A stretch of DNA of 63,985 nucleotides, filler included, from Octopus bimaculoides (lineage: Eukaryota), in the NCBI RefSeq assembly GCF_001194135.2. It is 4 parts of 4 records of this genome, joined end to end, with 100 filler letters (N's around TTAATTAATTAA, not from the genome) between each part and the next. Parts side by side here need not be neighbours in the genome. Positions count along the whole stretch, not along the records: positions 1 to 16,945 come from NC_069005.1; 3 more parts are not named here. One strand, 5' to 3'. The translations under genes were made by a program, and so were the position numbers. How positions within the stretch are numbered: the stretch's first letter is position 1; the number at the start of each line of letters is the position of its first letter. The notes under the pieces are model-generated. The model had not been told where the DNA came from. It saw only the letters and a program-made list of their open reading frames with translations, and made no database searches. Below are positions 1 to 14,052 of the stretch, piece by piece.

Positions 1-644
1 ATATATATATATATATATATATAGATATAGATATAGATGTGTGTACGTGTATGAAAAGCGTGGATTCAAATATTTTCACACAAAACATTCAGGTACTCGT
101 TACACACTCGCGAAGAGCCTTGTATAAGAGACACCACAAACGCACCAACACACTCACACACACATACACACATATACGCATGCATGTGTATGCTTATAAT
201 TTTTATTTGTGTTTATATACATATGTTTGCATCTGTGTATTTATAATAGTGTTCGTGTGTAGATATATATACTATCAAGTGAAATCTCATATATATGTGT
301 GTGTGTTTGTGTGCGCGCGCAGGTGTATGTCTGTGTGTTTGTATGCGCAAGTGTGTGTATGCGTGTATGTGTGTGCGCGCGTGCAGATGTGTGCGTGTGT
401 GCCTGTGTCTATTTCTGCGAGTGTGTTTTACCAGACGATTTATGCGTGTGTCTGCACCTATGTAGATGTCTTTGAACGCCCGTGTACTTAGTTCTGCTTT
501 ACAGATTAGATTGGATTACAAACCAAGTTAATGACATCACGTGACCAGAAATGGAACTCTATGAGGAAGTGAAACTTTCTGATTCTCTCATCAGATCATG
601 CTATACCTGTCACCTGCTCTCCGAGTGAAGCATTTAAAACTTAC

Positions 645-747
645 AACGCTTCATGTACACAGATAAAATGGAGAGGCTGTGACAAACATCCACCACGCTG
701 CTTTCCAATATTTCTATCATATTTCAATGCATTCAGTGCTTTGTATG
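645..747 (-). CDS. Candidate internal coding exon (103 nt, phase 1 to phase 2) of an unidentified gene; peptide xYKALNALKYDRNIGKQRGGCLSQPLHFICVHEAx
   Basis: Minus-strand acceptor ttaacttttatcttccactaaacag| and donor |gtaagt. Only one of three frames is open. Non-repetitive, protein-like composition. No family recognised. Confidence 0.35.
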
Positions 748-779
748 CTGTTTAGTGGAAGATAAAAGTTAATAGCAGT

Positions 780-935
780 CACTTACTGTCACTATTGATT
801 TTAGTCGAAGAAATCGACCCCAAGACTTATTATTTGTAAGCCTAGTACATATTGTACCGAAACGCTAAGTCACGGAGACATAAACACACCAACATCGGTT
901 GTCAAGCGATAGCAGGAGAGCAAACACAGACACGT
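780..935 (-). mobile_element. SINE family A, degenerate 3' half
   Basis: ttagtcga..aaatcgacccc, gacttat..ttgtaagcctagtac and aaacacaccaacatcggttgtcaagcgat match the reverse complement of the full copy at 51679-52147. Confidence 0.75.
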
Positions 936-960
936 ATACACACACACACACACACACACG

Positions 961-1004
<44 letters not shown>

Positions 1005-1910
1005 CATACATATATACATACATACATGCATACACGCACACTAAATCTATATGCATATGTATCTATCAATCTTTATATATATATATATTCGTCCATATGC
1101 ACACATCCATACCCACCCACACATCACACTATCACTATTATATATAACAGCAGCGTGTATATAATTGATAGAGTAGGTCTAAAATGAGATTGAAATCTTC
1201 ACTAATCTAGCCCCTTCCAAATCACCACCACCACCACCACCAAAACGATCTTCCACTAAACCAACGTTAAGTACATTATTTCTCTAATATCCACTCTGCT
1301 GTATGGGGAAGTGTATAGTTAATACCTATCACCGTCTCTCACCACCAACATCAAACGTTCTGCTTAACAGAATATTTAGAAGATTGTCCGTTTAGTTTAG
1401 AGAGGAGGAATGAGAACACAGAACTGCTACTTGATCGCTTGACCTGCTAGGTAAAGCAGTCAAATCTCCCTCAACCCCCTCATTCCTGTTTTCAGAAAGG
1501 ACACATTCCATAATCTAAATCGAGCTTTAGTAATCCTGAAAATAGAAGGGATTATCATGTTTCGATCGGCTTTTCTCATCAATGAATTGACCGTAAACAA
1601 TAACATGGATGGCAACATTGAGATACGATCAGAACGGCAGAATCGCAACAACGCAACTCTAATTTCTGAGTGTATTAACTGCCTTCCTTGAATAATATTT
1701 CTAACAAGATTAGGTGTGCATTTATGTATTTATATATATATACATACATATATCATNNNNNNNNNNNNNNNNNNNNNNNNNNNNNNNNNNNNNNNNNNNN
1801 NNNNNNNNNNNNNNNNNNNNNNNNNNNNNNNNNNNNNNNNNNNNNNNNNNNNNNNNNNNNNNNNNNNNNNNNNNNNNNNNNNNNNNNNNNNNNNNNNNNN
1901 NNNNNNNNNN

Positions 1911-1941
<31 letters not shown>

Positions 1942-2093
1942 TCTCTTAACGTCCACCTTCCAAGCTGTCATGGGTGGGCCATACATATATATACATGCAA
2001 TTCATACATGCAATACATAAATACATACATACATACATACATACATACATACATACATACATTACTTTGATGTCATGCTCTGCTCTCTCACTT

Positions 2094-2134
<41 letters not shown>

Positions 2135-2851
2135 GATCTATAAATAGTTCGGTGGATTGTGGCATTCAAAATTGAATGTTTTATTTATATCTACGGTACA
2201 AGGAACTATAAGATATTGTGGTATTTCTTTACAGCTAAACAGACATGACTGTTCACCTGTAAACGTCTTCGTCGCAAACACTGTTTCAGTGAAGTATACC
2301 ACTATTTGACGCTTGTTGGCAAGGAACGCGGATTGGTTAAGAATCGAATGTGTTGACGACACACACAATACGAGACTCCAACGAACCAACCATTTGGAGG
2401 AATTTCCATTACTATATACCTTATAATATTTCATAATATCCTTATATCAGCTAAAATCATTTCAGTACTGAACATATTATATGCTTCCTGGATTACTGTA
2501 GTGGAGGCATTCTTTCGTTGCGGATCAGAGGATTTCAAGTTGAGAGTATTTTGTGCAAAAGCTCTTCAAAATTTCAAGTAAATATGTCATCCATAACGTT
2601 GATAATTCTACTTCTCAACAGAAAACTTGATGGCAGGCAAGCTTAGACTATACGCTATTGGACCAAAGATACAAAGGCATGCCCAGAAACACACACACAC
2701 ACACACAAACAGATTAAAACAGATGCTATGCATGTATGTGTGATGAGGTGATGCGTGAGATCTGAAACGGATAATTTACTCAAAGAAATGTTGCCTCAAT
2801 ATTCTTTCGTTTGATACGTGTGTATGTATGTATTTATGTAAGCATGTGTGC

Positions 2852-2885
<34 letters not shown>

Positions 2886-3153
2886 NNNNNNNNNNNNNNN
2901 NNNNNNNNNNNNNNNNNNNNNNNNNNNNNNNNNNNNNNNNNNNNNNNNNNNNNNNNNNNNNNNNNNNNNNNNNNNNNNNNNNNNNNNNNNNNNNNNNNNN
3001 NNNNNNNNNNNNNNNNNNNNNNNNNNNNNNNNNNNNNNNNNNNNNNNNNNNNNNNNNNNNNNNNNNNNNNNNNNNNNNNNNNNNNNNNNNNNNNNNNNNN
3101 NNNNNNNNNNNNNNNNNNNNNNNNNNNNNNNNNNNNNNNNNNNNNNNNNNNNN

Positions 3154-3193
<40 letters not shown>

Positions 3194-4828
3194 GTACAAA
3201 TATGTATGTGTGTATATATATTTAAATATATATATATAGAGAGAGAGAGAGAGAAAGAGAGGGGAGGAGAGATAGATGGAGAGAGAGAATGAGAAAAAAG
3301 AAAGAAAGAGACAGACAGACAGAAAACGTGAATAGACGAGATGTTTGTGTGAGTACGTCTGTTTCAAAAATTGGCGAAAATTACGAACAGTGGTGACACT
3401 GCTTCTGTTGTGTGATGTGTGTGTGTGAGCACACAATAGGGCGTCCGCGTTATAGTAGATTGATAAAATGTCCTCTAGTTACTGGAGAGAAAATAATTAA
3501 GCAGTGTGTAATTGCCTCTGGTTATTCGCATAGACATCGAGGTATATACATGTAAGTGGAGATCACTATGTACGTATATATAGATGTTTGTGTGCGTGTG
3601 TGTGTGTGTGTTGTGTGTGTGTGTGTGTGTTTGTGTATGTGCGTGTGTGTGATTACGTATACATGTACAGAGAAAAGTTAAAGACAGAAAGAGGGCAAGA
3701 AAGAGAGAGAGAGTGAGAGCGAGAGAGGAAGTACAGCAGAGAGATGTAAAGTGAGTGAGATTGAATATATTGAGAGGAATGTTTCGTGTGCGTAGAAACA
3801 TTCTCAAAGATTTTGTTATTGAGCGTCGGAGTGGCAGCGGAATAGCGAGGTGGGTGTATAATATTGAGTGGAAGAGAATATATGGAGAGACGAGTGTGTA
3901 TATTGTAGGGGACAGGGTTGATCTATACACATTGGAGTGAGAAAGAATTAGGGAAAAGAAATTTGAAATGTGAACTTAGGTGAGAGAGAGGAAAAGAGTG
4001 GAATGGATAGAGATGGAGAGGCAGATTTTGAGAGGGTGTGTATACATATGTGATTGTGTGTGTGTATACATACATATGTATAATTCTGCATATATAATAA
4101 TATGCATATATATATAAAATTACCCATATGTGTGTGTGATTTTATATATATGTATGTGTATATATATATATATTTATATATATTTATATATATGTATGTG
4201 TGTATATGTATATATATATATATATAAAATGAAGGAATGCGAGACGTTTGCGTATGAAAGGAAAGAGGTAAAAGAAAAAGAGAAATGGAAACCGTAGTGA
4301 AAGAGTAAGGAGAGAAGAAGAAGGAAAGAGAGAGAGGAGTGATGCACCATGGTATGAAAGAGTGATGTGAGATAGATGAAGGAGGTACTTATTGGATAAG
4401 CTGAGTGAAGAGGAGAGGAACTTGAAGGAGAGAGAGGCAGAGAAAGACGACATGTTGCTGATATTTGTCTATAATCTAATGTCTATCAAGGATTACCTGT
4501 CGTCTGCCAGCTAATGGCGACCTAGAAATAGCTGTCGTCTGCCAGCTAGCGTATATTCTCTGTGCAACACTTTGATGGAGGGCTTCCATTTATATTAAAC
4601 TCTTCGTCTTTCTTCACTGTTTCATGTTTGGTTTTGTGTTTTCTAATAAAATGAACCTTGCTTTAATTAGTCACTGGATGGTGTCAGGCAAATATTTAAC
4701 CTCTTCTTCATTAAGTACATAATATTCTATGCAATACTTCCATCTGGCTGTTTATCGATACTAATCCAAGCATCTCTTACCCCTCTCTTCATCCCAAATA
4801 TATTTGTATATAAGTATGTGTATGTATA

Positions 4829-4867
<39 letters not shown>

Positions 4868-6157
4868 TATGTATATTCATTAATATTTAAATATGCACAC
4901 ACTCACACGTATCAATATCATAAATGCACGTAAAATTGACTACAAATGTATGAACGCTTAGAATTACCATTAAATACGCATCTAAAGATGTAGAAACATG
5001 CTCAAAGACATATATTTCTAACACAAATTTTTCCTATCCACATGTGTACACATACAAATAAGATACAATATCGATGAAGATGGAAGAAATTGTAACGCCG
5101 CGAGCAGGTTTCGAACAACACGTCTGCTGTAATTTCTTACTGCTGTAACCACCAAATCAAAGTAATATCACTAATTTTGACTATCTTTCTATCTATTTAT
5201 GCATGTATCTATCTATCTATCTATCTTTCTATCTATCTAGTGGGAATCCTATTGAGTTAGATGGGCACCAACAATTTATTTTCTAGGTCATTGTAGCCAT
5301 TTAATTTAAGTCTAGATAGATAGATAGATAGATAGATAGATACACACACACACACACACACACACACATTTACAGACACAGTAAACGATATATGACAAAA
5401 CATGGGCTGAGTTTCTGGCCGACATTAAAAGATAGGATGGCCATGGTAGGAATATTGTGTGGTGATAACTTTCTTCGATCGGGGTTGACTTCTTGCGAAA
5501 CAACAGCGAACAACTACTGATATTACACAATCGTCACAAACAACAACCATAAGAACAACAGCAACAACACATCACCACCATCACCCCCAACCCCGCACCA
5601 TCTCACCACACCACCATCATGACAGCATCGCCACCACCACAACCACCACCACCACCGCCATGATCACTGTAACATTACCCTCTCCAACAGCCCAACACTA
5701 CCATTTCCACCTGACCGCACCGATTAACCACAGATACCGACACTTTCCTCACACTGCTCACCATCTGTGACCAAACTGGAAACATCAAACATACACACAT
5801 ACACACAAACACACACACAAACAAACACACACACAAACAAACACACACACAAACAAACACACACACAAACAAACACACACATATACATTTCCAAAAGTGG
5901 AGCCAGGTGTCTGTAGTGCCACACACACACATCAACACGTCCATCTTTGACCACACTAACTGGTCAATTAATACGGCCAAACTTGGTAACAGCACGATCT
6001 GACCGGTCAGCTAATTAGCCTAACATGTGTGAAATCACGGACATTTATAAGATTTGATGACCTCAAGTAGGTGTCTCAGAGAATCTTTAGAATGGTAGTT
6101 TGTTCTTGAACAATGTGTGTGTGCCTCTGTGTGTGTGTATGTGGTGCGTGTGTGTGC

Positions 6158-6210
<53 letters not shown>

Positions 6211-6654
6211 TGTGTGTGTGTGTGTGTGTAACTTGTTTTAACCTGACTAATATAGTTTATCGATCACCAGCAATGATACAGAAGTTATTTTAATTCTAAA
6301 ATCATAACTTATATATTTTCATTATTTTTCAAAAATTTGTATATATTTCTAATACTATTGTTACGGTTTTGTAAAATTCTCATATTTATGTAAAAACGTA
6401 ATTGTGTCTAATTATCCCGGTAAACCTAACCCCACCGTCGGAAGTGGTCTGGGCGACTGACCGTATGAACAACAGGGTAGCAGACCAGCTACCCTCGTTT
6501 TCCCGAGCTATGGCTGCCAACACTGTGCTTAGGATAAGGATGAGGTCCATTAATGCAGTGGGATGGAGAGATGAAGGTTATGCTAAGGAAGCATAACTTT
6601 GATGCTCGTTGAATAAAGTTTTTGACATTTCGAGCATATATATATAAACACACA

Positions 6655-6758
<104 letters not shown>

Positions 6759-7519
6759 TATACACACATATATATATGTATGTATATATGTACATTCATT
6801 CATACATATATACATACATACATATTTACATTACACACCTTTTCCATACCACATCTTAACCTTCATTTTGACTTTAAAATTTTCTCTTCATTTTCCTTCT
6901 TCTTTTATTGTTTTGAACTCCTAAATAGTTCATTAGAAAGTTATATTTCGTTGCTATATGTCCATAACCATTACAATTTGTAACCATTACCAGTCTCAAA
7001 TACTTAACTGTTTTACACCAATCGTTTCAACCAATGTGTACATCGTTTGCAGTGTAAAACAGAATAAAGCATTTAAAACTTTATTTTCCGATCAAAGATG
7101 AAACGACAAATTTTTCCCACTAAAAACATTAAAACCTTCAACCGCTTCGTTACTTTATTTTATCAACCTTGTCTCTCTAATTTTAATCCTTTTAACATTT
7201 TCCATTTGCTTTTCAATTTAAAATACTTTTCAGAGTCATCACTTGTAAATTCTCTTCATCCGTCGTTCGGCTTAAACGAGTTGCTCTACTTCTGTTTCCC
7301 ATTAGAGTCACCTGTGTATATTTGTCACCTATATACGTTTGGCATAAAACCAGCTTAATCGTTATTTGAATTTGTTGAAATTCCTAACGAAACATTTAAG
7401 TGAACATGTCAACGCGTTTTACTTCTGGTCTTCTCAATAAATATTTCCTTCTGCTTCCCCTAAATTTCTTGCATTAAGTCTCTTCCCTTTTCATGACCGC
7501 CTACCCCATATCTGGCAAT

Positions 7520-8110
7520 TTTCTTATTACCAAGGCTGAATAGAGGTGGCAAACGATGATATCGAGGGGGTAAAAGTGTACGTCTACCTAGAGCACATAG
7601 TGAATATGTGCTGAGATATGGAGGCTGAAATCTCAAAGAGAACCGGTGCAGAACGGAAGGCATTTATCTCGATAAAGGAGGTGCACAAATCGAAGCTAGA
7701 CAATACCATACGTGCCAACTCTTTCATAGCGCCTCCTACCTGCGGTCTTATATACAAGAGGATAAAAGATGAATTGGCTGCAACGCAAAGGACCACAGAA
7801 AAATCCCTTCTAGGAACATCATTACAAAAGCATATTTGAAATGAGATGACTGGAGAATGGAGCGAAGTGAACGATGTGATGGCAGAAAACTGAAAGCATA
7901 AGTTCCTCTGGGTTTTGACAGACAACAGGTGAGCCTATGCAGTTACAGAGAGGTATCGAGGAGATCGGAAAATGCTCCTTGGAAGGCCCCAAGACGATTA
8001 GGAAGATGATCTGTTTGGAAACAATGGCGCAATCAAACCAGAACTGGAAGTTTATCTTAGCCAATGGGGATAACGCCATCTGTTGGTTTGATCCATATAC
8101 TGACACAATG
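7520..8110 (+). mobile_element. RTE-clade LINE, decayed ORF2 C-terminal part (post-RT) with stops and frameshifts
   Basis: Translates DDIEGVKVYVYLEHIVNMC*DMEAEISKR...QRTTEKSLLGTSLQKHI*NE...DNR*AYAVTERYRGDRKMLLGRPQDD*EDDL. This matches the RTE pattern IE.V..YVYLG..EI.RR / QR.MER.MLG.S...HI.NE / DNRW...EWYPR..KRP.GRP..RW.D. Confidence 0.85.
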
Positions 8111-8148
8111 ATATATNNNNNNNNNNNNNNNNNNNNNTATATATATAT

Positions 8149-8218
<70 letters not shown>

Positions 8219-9079
8219 GCATTTATATATATATATATACATATATAAATATGCATACATATATGTATATGTATCTGTGTGTACGTGAGTGTGTGTATGT
8301 GTGTGTGTTCATGTGCATGTGTCGCATATCCTTCCACCGTCACTTCCCCACTCTCAGTCCGACACACAATGCATGCTGGGATATCAGGTGTGATGTAAAC
8401 AAAGCAAAAAACAATTACGTCACAATAGAAGACATCTTTTGATCTCGCTGACGTTCATTAGCTCAGTAGGTGCGCGTGAATGTGTGTGTTTGTAGTACGT
8501 GTGTGGCTGTGTGCGTGGTTGTGCGAGTGTGTGTATGGGTACGTGTAACAAAGGTGTGAATATAGGTGTATGTGTGTATGCATGTATGCGTGTATGAGTG
8601 CCACAGAGTATATGTGTATGCGTATTAGTGGTTGTGTGTTGTAACTGAATGCTACTGAGTAGATCTACGGATGTATGTAGTGTGGATATAGTTGTTTGTG
8701 TGCGTGTGTGTGTGTGTGTGTTTGAGTGTGCACGTGTGTGGGTCTGCCTATGGAAATGGTAGCTTTGCAATAGGAGAATCATAGCAGTAGCAGTAGCGTC
8801 ATAGGGATGGTGGTGGAGGTGGNNNNNNNNNNNNNNNNNNNNNNNNNNNNNNNNNNNNNNNNNNNNNNNNNNNNNNNNNNNNNNNNNNNGATGATTGAGG
8901 TAGAAACGGAGGTAAAGATGACGGAACTGAAGTGCAGCTAGCTTTAACAACTTGTGACAATGAATTGGTGGGAGATGATATCATTAATGCTATATATATA
9001 TATATATATCGTCCAATAACACAGTACTTATTCCATGTCCTCGCGTTGCTGTTTTCTCTTGCTTGTTCATGTTTGGATT

Positions 9080-9124
<45 letters not shown>

Positions 9125-9559
9125 CATGTGTGTATACATGAATACATATAGATCTGCATATATATGCATATACATATATACACACATAGATAATATATAT
9201 GATATAAATATATGTATCTATATGTAAATGTGTATATGAGTGCGCGTGTGCTGAGCGGGACCTGGCGTAAGAAGATGATGCACACACTTACATACATACC
9301 CACACACACACACTCATACACACACACACACTCATACACACACACACATATGTACATAATTACATACGTAACATGACGGGTGTGGGGTAGGTGTGTAGAA
9401 ATGTAAATATATTTATATTAAATTGAATATAATTAAATATCGACTTAATACAATGATTATAGCACAATCATATACCACACTGCAATATGAATTAAAATAC
9501 CTTTTATCTTCCTACTCCTATAATTCTACATACAAACACATACAAATATATACACACAC

Positions 9560-9597
<38 letters not shown>

Positions 9598-10371
9598 ATT
9601 GAAATAATTCTTTTATGTTGCCATTAATAGATTATTCTGAAGGTTTCTGTACGTGGTAGCAGGGTGTGTGGTGGTTGGTTTGTGTATTCCTAATCCCTGA
9701 GGGTGTAAGTTTAAAGGAGATGATAAGACGGGAGAAGCGTGTTGTTCGGAAATATCGTTAACTTAACAACGATGAAAGACATTACTGAGCATTAGAGTAC
9801 AAACGCTCAGTTAATAGAATCTTCATCAAAAAGAGAGAGAGAGAGAGAGGTGGGAGATAGAAAGTCAAGCAGTGAGAGAGAGACAAAGGGCAATCTATTG
9901 TGCGATTTTAGAATCGGAAAAGAAATTTGCCCGTGATGAAGTGAGATATAAACCACAAGGAAGGAACTTACTGACCAGCAACTTATCGCGGACACTGGTC
10001 AACTACAACCACATTGCCTTCGCCAATGTCCGTAAGGGCTAGAAACAAAAGACATGGCAGGTGAACTCTCCTAACGAAAGAATTCTTTGAAAGTTATATT
10101 CATTCTGACATTAAAGAAAAAGAGAAAATTTATGTAGTTGGCTTCATATTGTAAAATAATAAGTTTGATAGGTGGCGCTGTCATAGAAGTGAAACCTTTG
10201 TTAGGCCAGACAGACTGTGATGGGTTTGTATAAATTCCGTCTGTCTATATTCCTATCTTACTCTTTCTCTCCCCTCCCTCTCTTTCTTTCTCTCTCTCTC
10301 TCTCTCTTTATATTTAGATAGATAGATAGAGGGCTAACAGGAATAATATGACAATACGAAATCTTACACAA

Positions 10372-10414
<43 letters not shown>

Positions 10415-11577
10415 GAGTCAAGAAAGCACTTGGTTTACATGTCACCCAACAGTTGGCGGGTTCTAATTTAATAAGGTCGACATAAAAAGACGATTGCGAT
10501 TCGCTACTTCCGTGACGTCGACGTAATAGTCGGCTGTGATTGGCTAATGACATTTTGTCTCAGAAGTCACCGAACTAATCGATAATTGATCGCACACCCG
10601 TCAGGTTATGATCGTATTACAGCAGGCATGTAATAATTCATTCTGTATGATAGTGGGTGGGGGTGAGCTTGTGACGTTGGTGCAAAGGAAGAAGTCACAG
10701 TGCGGAAGACGCGTTGACGATTCTATATTCAGCGCTTCTGGTGGTGGTGGTGGTGGTGGTGCGTGATGTTCGGGAAGCAATAACGTGTTTGCATGTACAG
10801 GAAATGTACGACACGTGTGTGTNNNNNNNNNNNNNNNNNNNNNNNNNNNNNNNNNNNNNNNNNNNNNNNNNNNNNNNNNNNNNNNNNNNNNNNNNNNNNN
10901 NNNNNNNNNNNNNNNNNNNNNNNNNNNNNNNNNNNNNNNNNNNNNNNNNNNNNNNNNNNNNNNNNNNNNNNNNNNNNNNNNNNNNNNNNNNNNNNNNNNN
11001 NNNNNNNNNNNNNNNNNNNNNNNNNNNNNNNNNNNNNNNNNNNNNNNNNNNNNNNNNNNNNNNNNNNNNNNNNNNNNNNNNNNNNNNNNNNNNNNNNNNN
11101 NNNNNNNNNNNNNNNNNNNNNNNNNNNNNNNNNNNNNNNNNNNNNNNNNNNNNNNNNNNNNNNNNNNNNNNNNNNNNNNNNNNNNNNNNNNNNNNNNNNN
11201 NNNNNNNNNNNNNNNNNNNNNNNNNNNNNNNNNNNNNNNNNNNNNNNNNNNNNNNNNNNNNNNNNNNNNNNNNNNNNNNNNNNNNNNNNNNNNNNNNNNN
11301 NNNNNNNNNNNNNNNNNNNNNNNNNNNNNNNNNNNNNNNNNNNNNNNNNNNNNNNNNNNNNNNNNNNNNNNNNNNNNNNNNNNNNNNNNNNNNNNNNNNN
11401 NNNNNNNNNNNNNNNNNNNNNNNNNNNNNNNNNNNNNNNNNNNNNNNNNNNNNNNATATATATATATATATATATACCTGTAAGTATTAAGAAAATACTA
11501 CTTTTACGTGATATTTTCTGCTTTATAAACATATACGCATTTCGGCAAATTAACTGCTCATGTACTCTACATACACG

Positions 11578-11611
<34 letters not shown>

Positions 11612-12454
11612 CATGTGTGCATACAGGTATTCATACGCATACACATATACATGTGTACGTGCATGTGCATGTCTGTGAGCACGCGTGTATACATGTGTAT
11701 AGCCATGCATATACATCTGTATACGCTTGTATAATTGTTGGATCATAAAACGCTGCAATGTCTAGCTGAAATCCCTGTTGGTTATGGAGCCGGAAAGAAA
11801 TTGTATCGGAACAAGTGAACAATGCAAAATGAAATCAGCTTTGAATGGCAGCATGGCGGCGGGCGGCGATGAGAATTCCTGGGAAAACGCATCAAATGGA
11901 TTTTGTTGCAGAAAAAAAATTACCTTCGAACCAACGATCGTCTTATAGTCTTCAACAAAGCAAAAATAGACTAAAGTAGACGAAGAATAGAACTGCTTAA
12001 TACTTTTGTTATCGTTGTTATTTTTAATATTTCGTTAAATATATAAATTGACAGGTGAAAACAGTAATTGTGTATTGTATTGCTGGCTAAAAAGGAAGAA
12101 ATATTGGAGTTTGACAGCGTAAATGATGGTTCGTTTGGACAGGAGCAAAGAATATGGATTGATGCACGAGTAATTATAGCTGAATATTTGATTTTGTGAA
12201 AGAAGGAATCTAAAGATCTGTTAGGGTAGAAAGAAATTCAATTGATGTATATACAGTTGTAAAGGAGAGCAAAGAAAATAACTAAGCTGTTCCTTACTAA
12301 ATATGTACCAATAATCGAATATAAAGGAGAGAAACTGAGAAAAAATAGGAAGAAAATAGGTGGAAATATGGCTGCTGTTCTGCTAAACTCCCAGTAAATC
12401 GAACATAGATTTAACAAATGAAAAAATAAAGATATCGATTTTAAATTTTGACAC

Positions 12455-12630
12455 AATGCTAGCAAGGTTGGAGGAGGGAGTAAATCGTTTACATCGTCCC
12501 CAGTATTCAACCGGTATTTATTTTATCGACCCCGAAAGGATGAAAAGGCTTGGTTGATTTCGGCGTAATATGAACTCAAAACGTAACGACGGACAAAATA
12601 CCGCTAAGCATTTTGCTCGGCGCCTTAAAG
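12455..12630 (-). mobile_element. SINE family C (tRNA-derived head plus RTE-5'-like body)
   Basis: ttttatcgaccccgaaaggatgaaaaggc...aatacc gctaagcatttt matches the copies at 22735-22955 and 33522-33720. Confidence 0.8.
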
Positions 12631-13850
12631 GATAAAAGTATTGAGACGCACAAAACATTTCGAGATGGAATCTTCCAGAGAAATTTAACGAACTTAGTTT
12701 GGATACAGTTTGAAATATAACAGCTCATTGTAATTCTATGAATGTATGTACGCATGCAGGCATGTATGTACGTACGTACATACATACATACATACATACA
12801 TACATACATACATACATACATACATACATACGTTGTTGACAGTTTCGTATTTATAATTTATGGAAATTTTTTTTAAATAAGGCTTGGTGTTATTAAGCGC
12901 CGGCAGACTTTGAAAGGTGGGAGGGAGCGGTCTCTAGTGGAATGGAATTGCATCTTCTCAGAACCAGTTCTGATTCACGATTCTCTGGGGAATGTGAACT
13001 TTTGAATGGAAGAATTTCGCTAACCAATCTTGTAAAGAAAATTCCAGCTGGACCAAACTGAGACCAACCCAATTTTTGGTGCTAATCTGGCACAAACCAA
13101 TGCGAAATATATCAATGTTTCTGACGGTCGTATTAATAACATCTATTCGCAACTTATAATTAAATCATTTATAATTTATACTTTTGTTGTAATAAATTGC
13201 TTTTATTTAAAACAAATAGCAAAATTATTTTTGATATATTGTTTTAGTTAAAGAAATTATTTATTTTATTTTTTAATTGTTTTACTAAATTACTTCAATT
13301 TCATGAGGAAATTATTTTTTTAATTATATTTTCTCAATAAAAATTGCAATTTTACTGTCCTCTCTTCTTGGCATTTTGACTTTCGACACCGTGTCTGTCC
13401 AAGACATCAGACATATTGAAACTTGAAATAGAAAACTGAGAAATGCTAATAAAATACATAGACGAGCGCGCGCGCACACACACACATACATACACACGTT
13501 CACTAATATGCACAAAATTATATAAATACATGCACAAGCATACAGACACACACACACATATATACACAAACACACATACATACATAATACACATATGCAT
13601 TCATGTATAAACACATACATACATACATACATACATACATACATACATACATGCACAAGTATTTTTTTTTTTTTTTTTTNNNNNNNNNNNNNNNNNNNNN
13701 NNNNNNNNNNNNNNNNNNNNNNNNNNNNNNNNNNNNNNNNNNNNNNNNNNNNNNNNNNNNNNNNNNNNNNNNNNNNNNNNNNNNNNNNNNNNNNNNNNNN
13801 NNNNNNNNNNNNNNNNNNNNNNNNNNNNNNNNNNNNNNNNNNNNNNNNNN

Positions 13851-13887
<37 letters not shown>

Positions 13888-13907
13888 TGTACATATATAT
13901 ATATATA

Positions 13908-14052
13908 ACGGGCTTCTCTCAGTTTCCGTCTATGAATTCTACCCTAAGGTCATAATAGAAGACACTTGCGCAAGCTGCCACGCAGTAGGACTGAACCCAG
14001 AACCATGTGGCTGGGAAGCAAGCTGCTTACCACACGGCCACACCTCTGCCTG
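13908..14052 (-). mobile_element. SINE family A, 5' half
   Basis: Reverse complement of gtggccgtgtggtaagcagcttgcttccc..catggttctgggttcagtcctactgcgtggca...gacggaaactga.agaagcccgt. Confidence 0.85.

Noticed and set aside
39-491. The many [16 protein letters not shown] ORFs across the track
   Set aside because: Dinucleotide repeats lack stop codons, and N runs extend ORFs artificially.
1460-1690. Open frames on both strands in unique sequence
   Set aside because: No convincing donor/acceptor pair enclosing an open frame, and no recognisable protein.
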